From an uncultured Acidimicrobiaceae bacterium (GTDB lineage: Bacteria; Actinomycetota; Acidimicrobiia; Acidimicrobiales; RAAP-2): DNA of 64,000 bases. Position 1 is the stretch's first letter; each line of letters starts with the position of its first letter. Of the stretch, positions 56,094 to 64,000 are shown one piece after another. Position numbers and translations under genes: made by a program. The notes under the pieces are model-generated. The model had not been told where the DNA came from, made no database searches, and saw nothing but the letters and a program-made list of their open reading frames with translations. The stretch covers positions 500,488 to 564,487 of the forward strand of contig CAVYQI010000003.1 in the NCBI GenBank assembly GCA_963770635.1, written 5' to 3'.

Positions 56094-57249
56094 CGGGTGG
56101 CCTCGGTGCCGAGCACCAGGGTGGACATGCACGAGAGCTCGATCCCCGAACCGTGGGCCACCGCGATCTCCGGGTGGTCGAGCTGACGGGCGTCGGCTTC
56201 GCCTCGCAGCTGCTTGACGGCTTCGACGATGAGGAACATGCCGTACATGCCCGGGTGGGTGTACGAGAGGCCGCCCCCGTTGGTGTTCATCGGCAGCGAC
56301 CCCCCAGGCCCCGTCTTGCCATCCTCCACGAACGGCCCACCCTCGCCCTTGGCGCAGAATCCCAGATCCTCGAGGTGCAGCAAGGCGGTGATGGTGAAGC
56401 TGTCGTACCCCATCAGCAGGTCGACGTCGGCCGGGCCGATCCCGGCCATGGCCATGGCCTTGGCCCCGGAGATGACCCCGGGGGTGGTGGTGAGATCGGG
56501 CATCTGGGAGATGATCGAGTGGTCGTGACAGGTCCCGGCGCCGAGCACGTAGACCGGCGGCTTGGCCAGGTCCCGGGCCCGCTCGGCACTGGTCATGACG
56601 AAGGCGCCGGCCCCGTCGGTGACCAGGCAGCAGTCGAGGAGGTGGAGCGGGGAGCATTCCGGGCGGGAGGCCAGCACGTCGTCGACGGTGATCGGCTCCC
56701 GGTAGCGGGCCCGCGGGTTGAGGCCGGCCCAGGCCCGGGTGGTGACCGCGATCTGGGCCAGCTGCTCGGAGGTGGTGCCGAATTGGCCATGTGCCGGGTG
56801 GCGGCCATCGCGTAGGGGGCCATCGGCAGGCGGGGCCCGAAGGGGAGCTCCCACTCGAACAATGGGTTGTCGTCCCCGACCGGGCCACGACGACCGGACC
56901 GGCCCCGCTTCCGGTCGCTGCGGGGGGTGGACGCATACACGCTCACCACCACCTCGCAGAGTCCGGCGGCGATGGCGGCGGCGGCGTGCTCGGCGTGGAC
57001 CTCGAAGCTCGAGCCCCCGGTCATGGTCGAATCGGTGAAGGTCGGATGGATACCCAGATACTCGGCCATGTCCATCGACGACGCCGAATGGCACATCCCG
57101 TCGACGTCGTCGAGGGTCAAGCCGCAGTCCTCGAGGGCCTGGCCGATCACTGCGGCTTCGAGCGCGTGTCCGGTGGTGTCGAGCTCACCGGTGGGCGACA
57201 CCTCGTCGGCCACCCCGACCAAGGCGGCCGCCCCCCGCAATCCCGCCAT
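56090..57249 (-). pseudogene. thiolase-like lipid-transfer protein (SCP-x-type) with one frame break near 56786
   Basis: The N-terminal part is in ORF 56593..57375 (MAGLRGAAALVGVADE...APYAMAATRHMA). The continuation (QFGTTSEQLAQIAVTTRAWAGLNPRA...NTNGGGLSYTHPG) is in ORF 56090..57094. Confidence 0.8.
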
Positions 57250-58369
57250 CAGGTCCGGGGGCCGAGGGCCGCGGTCGGCGCGGCCGACCGATCGGCGGCC
57301 ACCGCGTCGTAGGACTCGTAGTCCGAGGCGGTGTCGGCGGCAAACTCGAACTCCAGGAGCCCGGCCTCTCCCCACTGCTGGCGCAGATATCCGTCGTTGG
57401 CTTCGAGCAGCCCCAGCTTCCGGACGTTGGGAACGAGTTTGGCGAAGAACGCCCGCTGAAAGGTGGCGAAGATGCCGCCCCCGGTGGACTCAATGGCCTG
57501 GTGGAGGACGGGCATCAGCTCGTTCAGGGAGACCCCGAGCCGTTCCCAGACCTCGGGGGTGGTGGAGCGGGCCCGATTGCGCAAAGTGTTCTCCACCAGG
57601 AACTCCTGCCGGTCGCGCAGCTCGGCGGAGGTCAGGCCCCGGTAGAACTCGCCGAGGGTGAGGACGCCGAAGGCGACGTGGCGGGCTTCGTCGGACATCA
57701 CGTAGCGCAGCAGTTTCTTCAGCAGCGGTTCGGTGGTGGTCCGGTGCAGCTCGCCGAAGGCGGCCAGGGCCAGACTCTCGATCACGATCTGCATGCCCAG
57801 ATAGGCGATGTCCCACCGGCTGTCCTCGATGAGCGCGGTGATCTGCTCCTCGAGGAACGGGCTCATCGCGTAGGCGCCGCCGAGTTTGGTGTCGAGATAC
57901 TTGGCGAACACCTCGGTATGCCTGGCCTCGTCCATGGTCTGGGTGGAGGCGTAGTACTTGGCGTCGATCCAGGGGACCGTCTCGACGATCTTGGCCGCCA
58001 CCATCATGGCGCCCTGCTCGCCGTGCATGAACTGGCTGAGCCGCGCCTTCATCAGCTCCACCCCGAGTCGGGTGAACTCCGGCTCCTTCCAGGTGGCGAT
58101 GGGCGAGCCGGGGATTTCGGCGGCCACCCGGAACAGGGGCGGCACCGCGTCCTCCCCATCTCGCCGACCAGGCGTTCCGGATCGACCTCGGTCGACCAAT
58201 CGAGGTCGGTGACGCTGTTCCACTGGGAGCTCATCGCCTTGTTGTAGAGCGTGACCAGCTGACTGCGGTCCCGTTCGTAATCCCAGGTGAAGATCCGGGT
58301 GGCGTTGTCGTTGATCAGCTTGATGCTGGAGTCGACCTCCGCCGAGCCCGGCAAACCGTCACTGTCCAT
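57249..58369 (-). pseudogene. ferritin-like diiron-carboxylate protein (putative oxygenase/desaturase-type) with one frame break near 58155
   Basis: The N-terminus is in ORF 58052..58369 (MDSDGLPG...DPERLVGEMG). The continuation is in ORF 57249..58223 (EDAVPPLF...). It has two E...DEARH motifs (MHGEQGA..DEARHTEVF and IESLA..SDEARHVAF). Confidence 0.7.
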
Positions 58370-58394
58370 GTGCCCCCCTCGAGAAAATGACTGT

Positions 58395-59612
58395 TCAGTC
58401 CAACAGCGCCTGGTAGACGAGCGCCCGAAGCTGCGCCCGGAACGGATAGGTGGTCGACGGCAGCAGCTGGGCCATGAACACCACCGTCACCTCTTCGACC
58501 GGATCGACCCAGAAGGCGGTGGAGGCCGCCCCACCCCAGTAGAACTCGCCGTAGGAGCCGGCGGTGCCGGTGGCGGCCGGCCCGAGCCCGATGGCGAAGC
58601 CAAGCCCGAAACCCACCCCCTCGAACCCGGACTCACCGAATCCCCCGGTCACGAACTGCTCGAGGTCGCCTCCACCGGGAAGATGGTTGACGGTCATCAG
58701 CTCCAGGGTCTTGCGGCCGATGATGCGGTGGCCGTCGAGCTCCCCGTTCCCCAGCAGCATCTGGCAGAACCGGAGGTAGTCACCCGAGGTCGACACCAAC
58801 CCGCCGGCCCCCGACAGGTAGGAGCGCGGCCGGCGGTAGGGGCTGGTCTCGGGGTCGTCGACCAATCTCGGCTCGGCTCCGGATTGGTAGAAGTAGGAGG
58901 CGCAGAAGCGGCCCGCCGACCGGTCGGGCACCGAGAAGCCGGTGTCGACCATGCCCAGAGGCTCGAAGATCTCGTCGTGGAGGTAGTCGTCGAAGCGTTG
59001 CCCGGAGATGACCTCGACCAGGCGGCCGCACACATCGGTCGACAACCCATAGTTCCAATGGGTGCCCGGGTGGAATTTGAGGGGGAAGTCGGCCAGCAGG
59101 GTGCACACCCCCTCGAGGGTCATCCCGGAGCGGGCGTCCTGGAGGGCGGCGGCGAACCGGTCGTCCACCGGGTGGTCGGAGACCACGCTGCCCGGGAGCC
59201 CGGTCATGTGCATGAGCGCATCGCGCATCGACATCGGCCGGCTCGGGGGGACCATGCGCACCGAGCCGTCCTCGGCCACCTCCTGGACCGACAGGTCGCG
59301 CCACTGCGGGATGAAGCGGTGGACCGGGTCGGCGAGTTGGAACGCCCCCCGCTCATAGAGCTGCATGAGGGCGATCGAGGTGATCGGCTTGGTCATCGAG
59401 TAGATGCGCCAGATGGTGTCCTCTTCGACCGGCTTGTGCCGTTCCCGGTCCATGATCCCGAAGGACCGGAAATACCCGACCGCCGATCCCCGGGCCACCG
59501 TCACCTGGCAGCCGGGCAACCTACCGGTCGAGATGTAGCGCTGGCTGAAATGTTCGGTGATCCGCTCGAGGCGCTCCTCGTCCATTCCGGCCGCCGCCGG
59601 GTCGACCTTCAC
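58395..59612 (-). CDS. serine hydrolase (beta-lactamase/class C-related esterase family)
   Basis: IYSMTKPITS (SxxK) motif, a YxN-like region and a GGAASTAFWVDP tail. The GTG 59612 start overlaps the upstream SDR stop; an internal ATG (MDEERL) is an alternative. Confidence 0.85.
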   Translation of the reverse strand: MKVDPAAAGMDEERLERITEHFSQRYISTGRLPGCQVTVARGSAVGYFRSFGIMDRERHKPVEEDTIWRIYSMTKPITSIALMQLYERGAFQLADPVHRFIPQWRDLSVQEVAEDGSVRMVPPSRPMSMRDALMHMTGLPGSVVSDHPVDDRFAAALQDARSGMTLEGVCTLLADFPLKFHPGTHWNYGLSTDVCGRLVEVISGQRFDDYLHDEIFEPLGMVDTGFSVPDRSAGRFCASYFYQSGAEPRLVDDPETSPYRRPRSYLSGAGGLVSTSGDYLRFCQMLLGNGELDGHRIIGRKTLELMTVNHLPGGGDLEQFVTGGFGESGFEGVGFGLGFAIGLGPAATGTAGSYGEFYWGGAASTAFWVDPVEEVTVVFMAQLLPSTTYPFRAQLRALVYQALLD

Positions 59613-60529
59613 CCCCGGCGCCCGAACATGTCGGCGTTGGGGGCGGCCTTGGCCACCAGATCCGGGATCACCCCGCCGAGCTCGGCGCTGTCCCACCGGT
59701 CGCCCTTGTCGGCCGCCGGGCCGGCGACCCATCCCTCCGCCACCGAGATGTGGCCGCCGAAGACGTTGAACACCCTGCCGGTGATGTCCTTGGACTCCGG
59801 GCTGCCCAACCAGACGACCAGCGGGGCGATGTTGTCGGGGTCGTTGGGCTCGAACTCGTCGGGCTTCCGCTCGGCGGTCAGGCCGAGGCTCAGGTTCTCG
59901 GTCATCCGGGTGAGGGCGGCCGGAGCGATGGCATTGACGGTGACGCCGTAACGGCCCAGCTCCATGGCGGCGATGACGGTCATCGAGGCGATGCCGGCCT
60001 TGGCCGCCCCGTAGTTGGTCTGACCGACGTTCCCGTAGATGCCGGACGGCGAGGTGGTGTTGATGATGCGGGCGTCGTTGGTCTCGCCGGCCTTGGACCG
60101 GTCGCGCCAATAGCCGGCGGCCCAGCGCATCGGCCCGAAGGTCCCCCGGAGGTGGACCCGGATGACCGCGTCCCACTCGTCGACCGTCATGTTCACCAGC
60201 ATCCGGTCCCGCAGGATCCCGGCGTTGTTGACCAGGACGTCGAGGCCGCCGTAGGTCTCGATGGCGGTGTCGATGAGGCGCTTGGCCCCGTCGGGATCGG
60301 AGATGTCCTCGCCGTTGGCGATGGCCTCGGCCCCTATGCCGCGGATCTCTTCCACCACTTCCCCCGCCGGGCCGGCCGAGCTGCCGGTGCCATCCACTTC
60401 GGCGCCCAGGTCGTTCACCACGACCTTGGCCCCCTGCCGGGCGAACTCGATGGCGTGGCCCCGCCCGATGCCGCGCCCGGCTCCGGTGATGATGACCACC
60501 CGGCCGTCATTGATACCTGGCATGTTCAC
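59609..60529 (-). CDS. SDR-family oxidoreductase (hydroxyacyl-CoA dehydrogenase-like)
   Basis: VVIITGAGRGIGRGHA, NNAGI and YGAAKAGI motifs; 306 aa. Confidence 0.85.
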   Translation of the reverse strand: MNMPGINDGRVVIITGAGRGIGRGHAIEFARQGAKVVVNDLGAEVDGTGSSAGPAGEVVEEIRGIGAEAIANGEDISDPDGAKRLIDTAIETYGGLDVLVNNAGILRDRMLVNMTVDEWDAVIRVHLRGTFGPMRWAAGYWRDRSKAGETNDARIINTTSPSGIYGNVGQTNYGAAKAGIASMTVIAAMELGRYGVTVNAIAPAALTRMTENLSLGLTAERKPDEFEPNDPDNIAPLVVWLGSPESKDITGRVFNVFGGHISVAEGWVAGPAADKGDRWDSAELGGVIPDLVAKAAPNADMFGRRG

Positions 60530-60568
60530 TCCTCTTCTTCTGTAGGTGACACCGAGTCCACCCGCGAG

Positions 60569-61939
60569 TCAGACGTTCTTGGGAAGCTCCGAGAACGGGG
60601 TGGTGCGATCGTTGTTGGGCTCCTTGGGGAGTCCGAGAACCCGCTCGCCCAGGATGTTGCGCTGGATCTGGTCGGTGCCGCCATAGATGGAAGGCGCCTG
60701 GGCGAACATGGCCATCTCGGTCACGAATCCCACCAGGGTGTTCCCGGTGGCCGCCTCCAGTTCCGCCCGATCCTTGTGGTTGTAGCCGTGCAACATGCCG
60801 GCGGCGCCGGAGATCTGCAGGCCGAGGTCGCGGGACAGCCGCATGATGTTGCTCATGGACAGCTTGGAGATGTTGGGCATGCCCGGGATGTCGCCGCCGC
60901 TGGCCTTGACCGCCTTCAGGCGCAGCCCGTTGAACCGTCCGAGCTCCCCCCAGGTGTACAGCTGGGCCAGTCCCTGACGCACCTGGGGATCGACAGCCGA
61001 TCCGTTGCGCTTGGCCAGTTCCATCAGCAGCTTGGGCCCTCCGGACAGCGCCCGCACCATGGCGGCGTCCCCGGCATCGGAATCCGTTTCCTTGACTCCC
61101 GACTTCCGCTTGCCGTTGGATCCGTTGGCGCTCTTCGCCGAGCCGAAGTCCCCCGCCCGGCGGTCGAGGCCGCCGCCGACGGTGCCGGGGAGCACCGCGC
61201 CGCCGGCGCCGCTCCCTCCCCCGGATCCCAGCCCGGCCCGCTCGTTGGACAGGGTGGTGTTGGCCACCGCCCACCCGTTGTTCTCTCCCCCGATCAGCGC
61301 GTCATTCGCCACCCGGGCGTCGGTCATGAAGACCTCGTTGAACAGCGCCCGCCCGGTCATCTCCTTGAGCGGGCGGATCTCGACGCCGGGTTGGATCATC
61401 TCCAGGGCGAAGTAGGTGATGCCCTGGTGCTTGGGCACGTCGGGGTCGGTGCGGGCTAGCAGCATGCCGAGATTGGCGTGTTGGCCCCCCGAGGTCCACA
61501 CCTTCTGGCCGTTCACGATCCATTCGTCACCGTCCCGGACGGCCCGGGTCTGCAAGCCGGCCAGGTCCGATCCGGCCGCCGGTTCGCTGAACAGCTGGCA
61601 CCACGACTTCTGGCCGGTGACGATGTCCCGCACGAACGTGTCGATCTGCTCCCGGGTGCCGTGGGTGACGATGGTCGGGGCGGCCAGCAGCAGGCCGAGG
61701 CCGGCCGGCGCGCCGAGGGCCCCGAACCGATCGATCTCCTGCGAGACCCGGACCCCGTCGTTGCGGGAGAGGCCCCGTCCGTAGGCATCGGTCGGCAGGG
61801 TGGGGGCTGCCCAGCCGGCCACGCCCAGCCGCTCCCACCAGGCGGCGACGGTCAGATCCGGGTCCCAGTTGGACGACAACCACTCGCGCAGTTCATCGAT
61901 GACATGGTCGGTGGAGTTGATTTGCGCGGTGTCGGTCAT
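60569..61939 (-). CDS. acyl-CoA dehydrogenase family protein (with Gly/Ser-rich insertion)
   Basis: WCQLFSEPAAGSDLAGL, GQKVWTSGG and IYGGTDQIQRNILG ACAD motifs. There is a low-complexity insertion of about 60 aa (GSGGGSGAGG...SNGKRKSG). Confidence 0.88.
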   Translation of the reverse strand: MTDTAQINSTDHVIDELREWLSSNWDPDLTVAAWWERLGVAGWAAPTLPTDAYGRGLSRNDGVRVSQEIDRFGALGAPAGLGLLLAAPTIVTHGTREQIDTFVRDIVTGQKSWCQLFSEPAAGSDLAGLQTRAVRDGDEWIVNGQKVWTSGGQHANLGMLLARTDPDVPKHQGITYFALEMIQPGVEIRPLKEMTGRALFNEVFMTDARVANDALIGGENNGWAVANTTLSNERAGLGSGGGSGAGGAVLPGTVGGGLDRRAGDFGSAKSANGSNGKRKSGVKETDSDAGDAAMVRALSGGPKLLMELAKRNGSAVDPQVRQGLAQLYTWGELGRFNGLRLKAVKASGGDIPGMPNISKLSMSNIMRLSRDLGLQISGAAGMLHGYNHKDRAELEAATGNTLVGFVTEMAMFAQAPSIYGGTDQIQRNILGERVLGLPKEPNNDRTTPFSELPKNV

Positions 61940-62088
61940 GGGCCCCCCAGGGCGTAGGCCAGAGCCTTGCTCCGGTGTCTCTGCGTATTATCACAGCGGG
62001 TGTCCGGAATGGAAAACCGGCGAGCGGGTCGGGATGACGGCCGAATCCCCAGATGTGCTGGTGGAATGCGCCATCGCCCGGCCGCGCC

Positions 62089-63234
62089 TCAGGTCTGGAG
62101 TTGGCGGGCCAGGCTCTCGGAGGCGTCGATGAACTCCTCGATCATCTCGAAGACGACCTGCGACGCGGTCTTCGGCTGGTTCATGACGCCGACGATCTGC
62201 CCGACGAAGTAGTTCGCCAGCTTCTCGGCGCCCGACCCCGGGGTGTGGGCTCCCCGGTTGATCCGGCGCTGGGCCTCGGCGCTGAGGATCGGCTGGAGCG
62301 GCATTCCCAATGGGTCGGGGGTGTCGGTCCGCTCCCACTCTTCGGTCCAGGCGGATTTGAGCATGCGGGCCGGCTTGCCGGTGAGTGAGCGGGAACGCAT
62401 GGTGTCGGCCGAGGTGGCGGCCAGCATCTTCTTCTTCACCGTCGGATGGGTCTCGGCCTCATCGGTGGTGAGCCACACCGATCCGCACCAGACGCCCTGG
62501 GCGCCGAGAGCCATGGCCGCCGCCATCTGCCGCCCACGCCCGATCCCGCCGGCTCCGAGCACCGGCACCGGGGCGACGGCATCGACCACCTCGGGGATCA
62601 ACACCATCGACCCGATCTCGCCGGTGTGCCCTCCGGCCTCGTATCCCTGGGCGATGATGATGTCGACGCCGGCCTGCACATGGCGCTCGGCATGGACCGC
62701 CTTGCCGGCCAGCGCGCCCACCAGGCGTCCCTCGGCCTTGACCCGGTCGATGAGGAACTTCGGGGGTGGCCCGAGCGCATTGGCCACGAACGCGGTCCGA
62801 TGGGCCAGGGCGATCTCCAGCTGGGGCCCGGCGGTGGCGGCGGAGAACGGTGCCGCGGTTCCGCTGTCCAGGCCCCGATCGGCGACCGACTCGTCCCCGG
62901 CGGGCAGGCCGGGGACCTGGTAGCGGGCGAGGATGTCATCGACGAACTCCTGGTGCTCGGCCGGGATGAGGCCGCGGATGTCCTCCATGGTGTAGCCGCC
63001 GGTCTCGTCCCCGGCGTATTTGGCCGGAACGATCAGGTCGACCCCATAGGGCCGGCTACCGATTTCTTCCTCGATCCAATGGAGATCGATCTCCAACTGC
63101 TCGGGAGAATGGGCCACCGCGCCGAGGACGCCCAGCCCCCCGGCCTTCGACACCGCGGCGACGACATCACGGCAGTGAGAAAAGGCGAAAATCGGGAACT
63201 CGATGTCGAGCAGATCGGTGATGGCGGTTTGCAT
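62089..63234 (-). CDS. nitronate monooxygenase / NAD(P)H-dependent flavin oxidoreductase (NMO family)
   Basis: FPIFAFSHCRDVVAAVSKAGGLGVLG, IIAQGYEAGGHTG and GAGGIGRGRQMAAAMALGAQGVWCGS motifs. The ATG 63234 (MQTAITD) start is preferred over 63270. Confidence 0.85.
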   Translation of the reverse strand: MQTAITDLLDIEFPIFAFSHCRDVVAAVSKAGGLGVLGAVAHSPEQLEIDLHWIEEEIGSRPYGVDLIVPAKYAGDETGGYTMEDIRGLIPAEHQEFVDDILARYQVPGLPAGDESVADRGLDSGTAAPFSAATAGPQLEIALAHRTAFVANALGPPPKFLIDRVKAEGRLVGALAGKAVHAERHVQAGVDIIIAQGYEAGGHTGEIGSMVLIPEVVDAVAPVPVLGAGGIGRGRQMAAAMALGAQGVWCGSVWLTTDEAETHPTVKKKMLAATSADTMRSRSLTGKPARMLKSAWTEEWERTDTPDPLGMPLQPILSAEAQRRINRGAHTPGSGAEKLANYFVGQIVGVMNQPKTASQVVFEMIEEFIDASESLARQLQT

Positions 63235-63372
63235 GGCTTCTTCTTCCTGGTCGAGCCGGCGGACCCGCACCCAGAGGGGCGCCGGGTTGGGTGGCCGACC
63301 CGTTCAGTCTGACTGGGAGCGGCTCTCGGCGTCCACATCATCGGGGGGCCATCGCCACCCGACCACCGGTGG

Positions 63373-64000
63373 TCAGGCCGGGGCCTCGACTTCGAGAGGC
63401 TGGCTCCGGCCTTCCGGCAGCGAGGCGTAGAGATCGGCCACCAGATCGTCGCGAACGCTCCGGAGGGAAGGCTCGTCCCAGCGGTTCTCCCACTGCCATG
63501 GGTCCTGGTCGAGGCGGTAGAGCTCACCTTCGTCGCCCTGATAGTGGATCCCGTTCGGACGCATGGCGGCGTCACCCATCACTTTTTCTAGGCCGTTGGG
63601 TTTCCCGTCGGTGCTCTCCTCGTAGACGGTGCAGAGCCACCCGTCTCGCACGATCGACCGCAGGTGCATGCCGTAGCCCGGGAACTGGCTGTCCCATTCG
63701 CACAGCACCCGCTGGCGCTCCTGGTCGGCGGCTTGGACCGACGACTCGGGTAGTGGCTGGCCTTCCATCCACTCCGGGATGGGGAGACCGGCGATGGCGC
63801 AGAAGGTGGGGGCGAGATCGACCCCACCCACCGGCTCGGGGACAACGCTCGGCGACACTCCAGCTGACGGCGCCGGTCGCCACACCATGGGCAGCCGCAT
63901 CAGCGCGTCCACGTGAAACGGGCCCTTGTACAGCAGGCCCATGTCGCCCTGCAGCTCACCGTGGTCGGTGGTGTAGATCACGTCGGTGTCCGAGTCCCAG
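63373..64000 (-). CDS. sulfatase-family protein, C-terminal part (5' end outside window)
   Basis: IYTTDHGELQGDMGLLYKG sulfatase motif. The reading frame stays open to the window edge upstream of the ORF-track start at 63981. Confidence 0.8.
   Translation of the reverse strand, partial: WDSDTDVIYTTDHGELQGDMGLLYKGPFHVDALMRLPMVWRPAPSAGVSPSVVPEPVGGVDLAPTFCAIAGLPIPEWMEGQPLPESSVQAADQERQRVLCEWDSQFPGYGMHLRSIVRDGWLCTVYEESTDGKPNGLEKVMGDAAMRPNGIHYQGDEGELYRLDQDPWQWENRWDEPSLRSVRDDLVADLYASLPEGRSQPLEVEAPA

Noticed and set aside
1-64000. CRISPR arrays, rRNA genes, IS elements/transposases and long tandem repeats.
   Set aside because: Reading through the window revealed no regularly spaced repeat-spacer structure, no rRNA-like sequence and no transposase-like ORF. 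The only long exact repeat found is the 43-bp att pair.

Overview
High-GC Actinomycetota-type chromosomal segment, densely coding on both strands. There is no rRNA and no CRISPR array. The backbone has two parts. (1) CoA-thioester and lipid-type catabolic genes: three AMP-dependent ligases, a crotonase, a CaiB-type CoA-transferase, two paralogous DUF35 + SCP-x-type thiolase pairs, an ACAD, SDRs, MDR/quinone oxidoreductases, a nitronate monooxygenase, amidase/amidohydrolase/LLM genes and a sulfatase. (2) A housekeeping block: glnA, a SenX3/RegX3-like two-component system, serS, an ABC-2 exporter, a TlpA-like redoxin, ctaB/ctaA, clpS + DUF2017, tRNA-Glu/Asp/Phe and a GT87 glycosyltransferase. 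Three accessory regions stand out. (i) A ~3.15-kb integrative element sits at tRNA-Arg(ACG). It is bounded by a perfect 43-bp direct repeat (13357-13399 and 16466-16508) and carries a tyrosine integrase, an autoinhibited Fic protein and a truncated gene stub. The patch to its left has lower GC and odd genes. (ii) A five-gene T4SS-like module (30950-37222) has a pilin-like protein, a VirB6-like protein, a membrane-anchored VirB3/4-like protein, a VirB4-like ATPase and a VirD4-type coupling protein. It has no relaxase, integrase or att repeats in view and is wedged between glnA and the two-component system. This is my top candidate for an uncharacterised system. (iii) An islet of hypothetical genes lies downstream of tRNA-Phe and includes a three-gene operon of unknown function. 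A recurring technical or biological signal is that many clearly conserved genes are broken by single-base frame shifts. One GH15 gene has about 9 breaks in 2 kb, and at least 7 further breaks occur elsewhere, several in short G/C runs. This points to assembly indel errors and/or real pseudogenisation. All family calls rest on motif and sequence recognition by eye; no searches were run.
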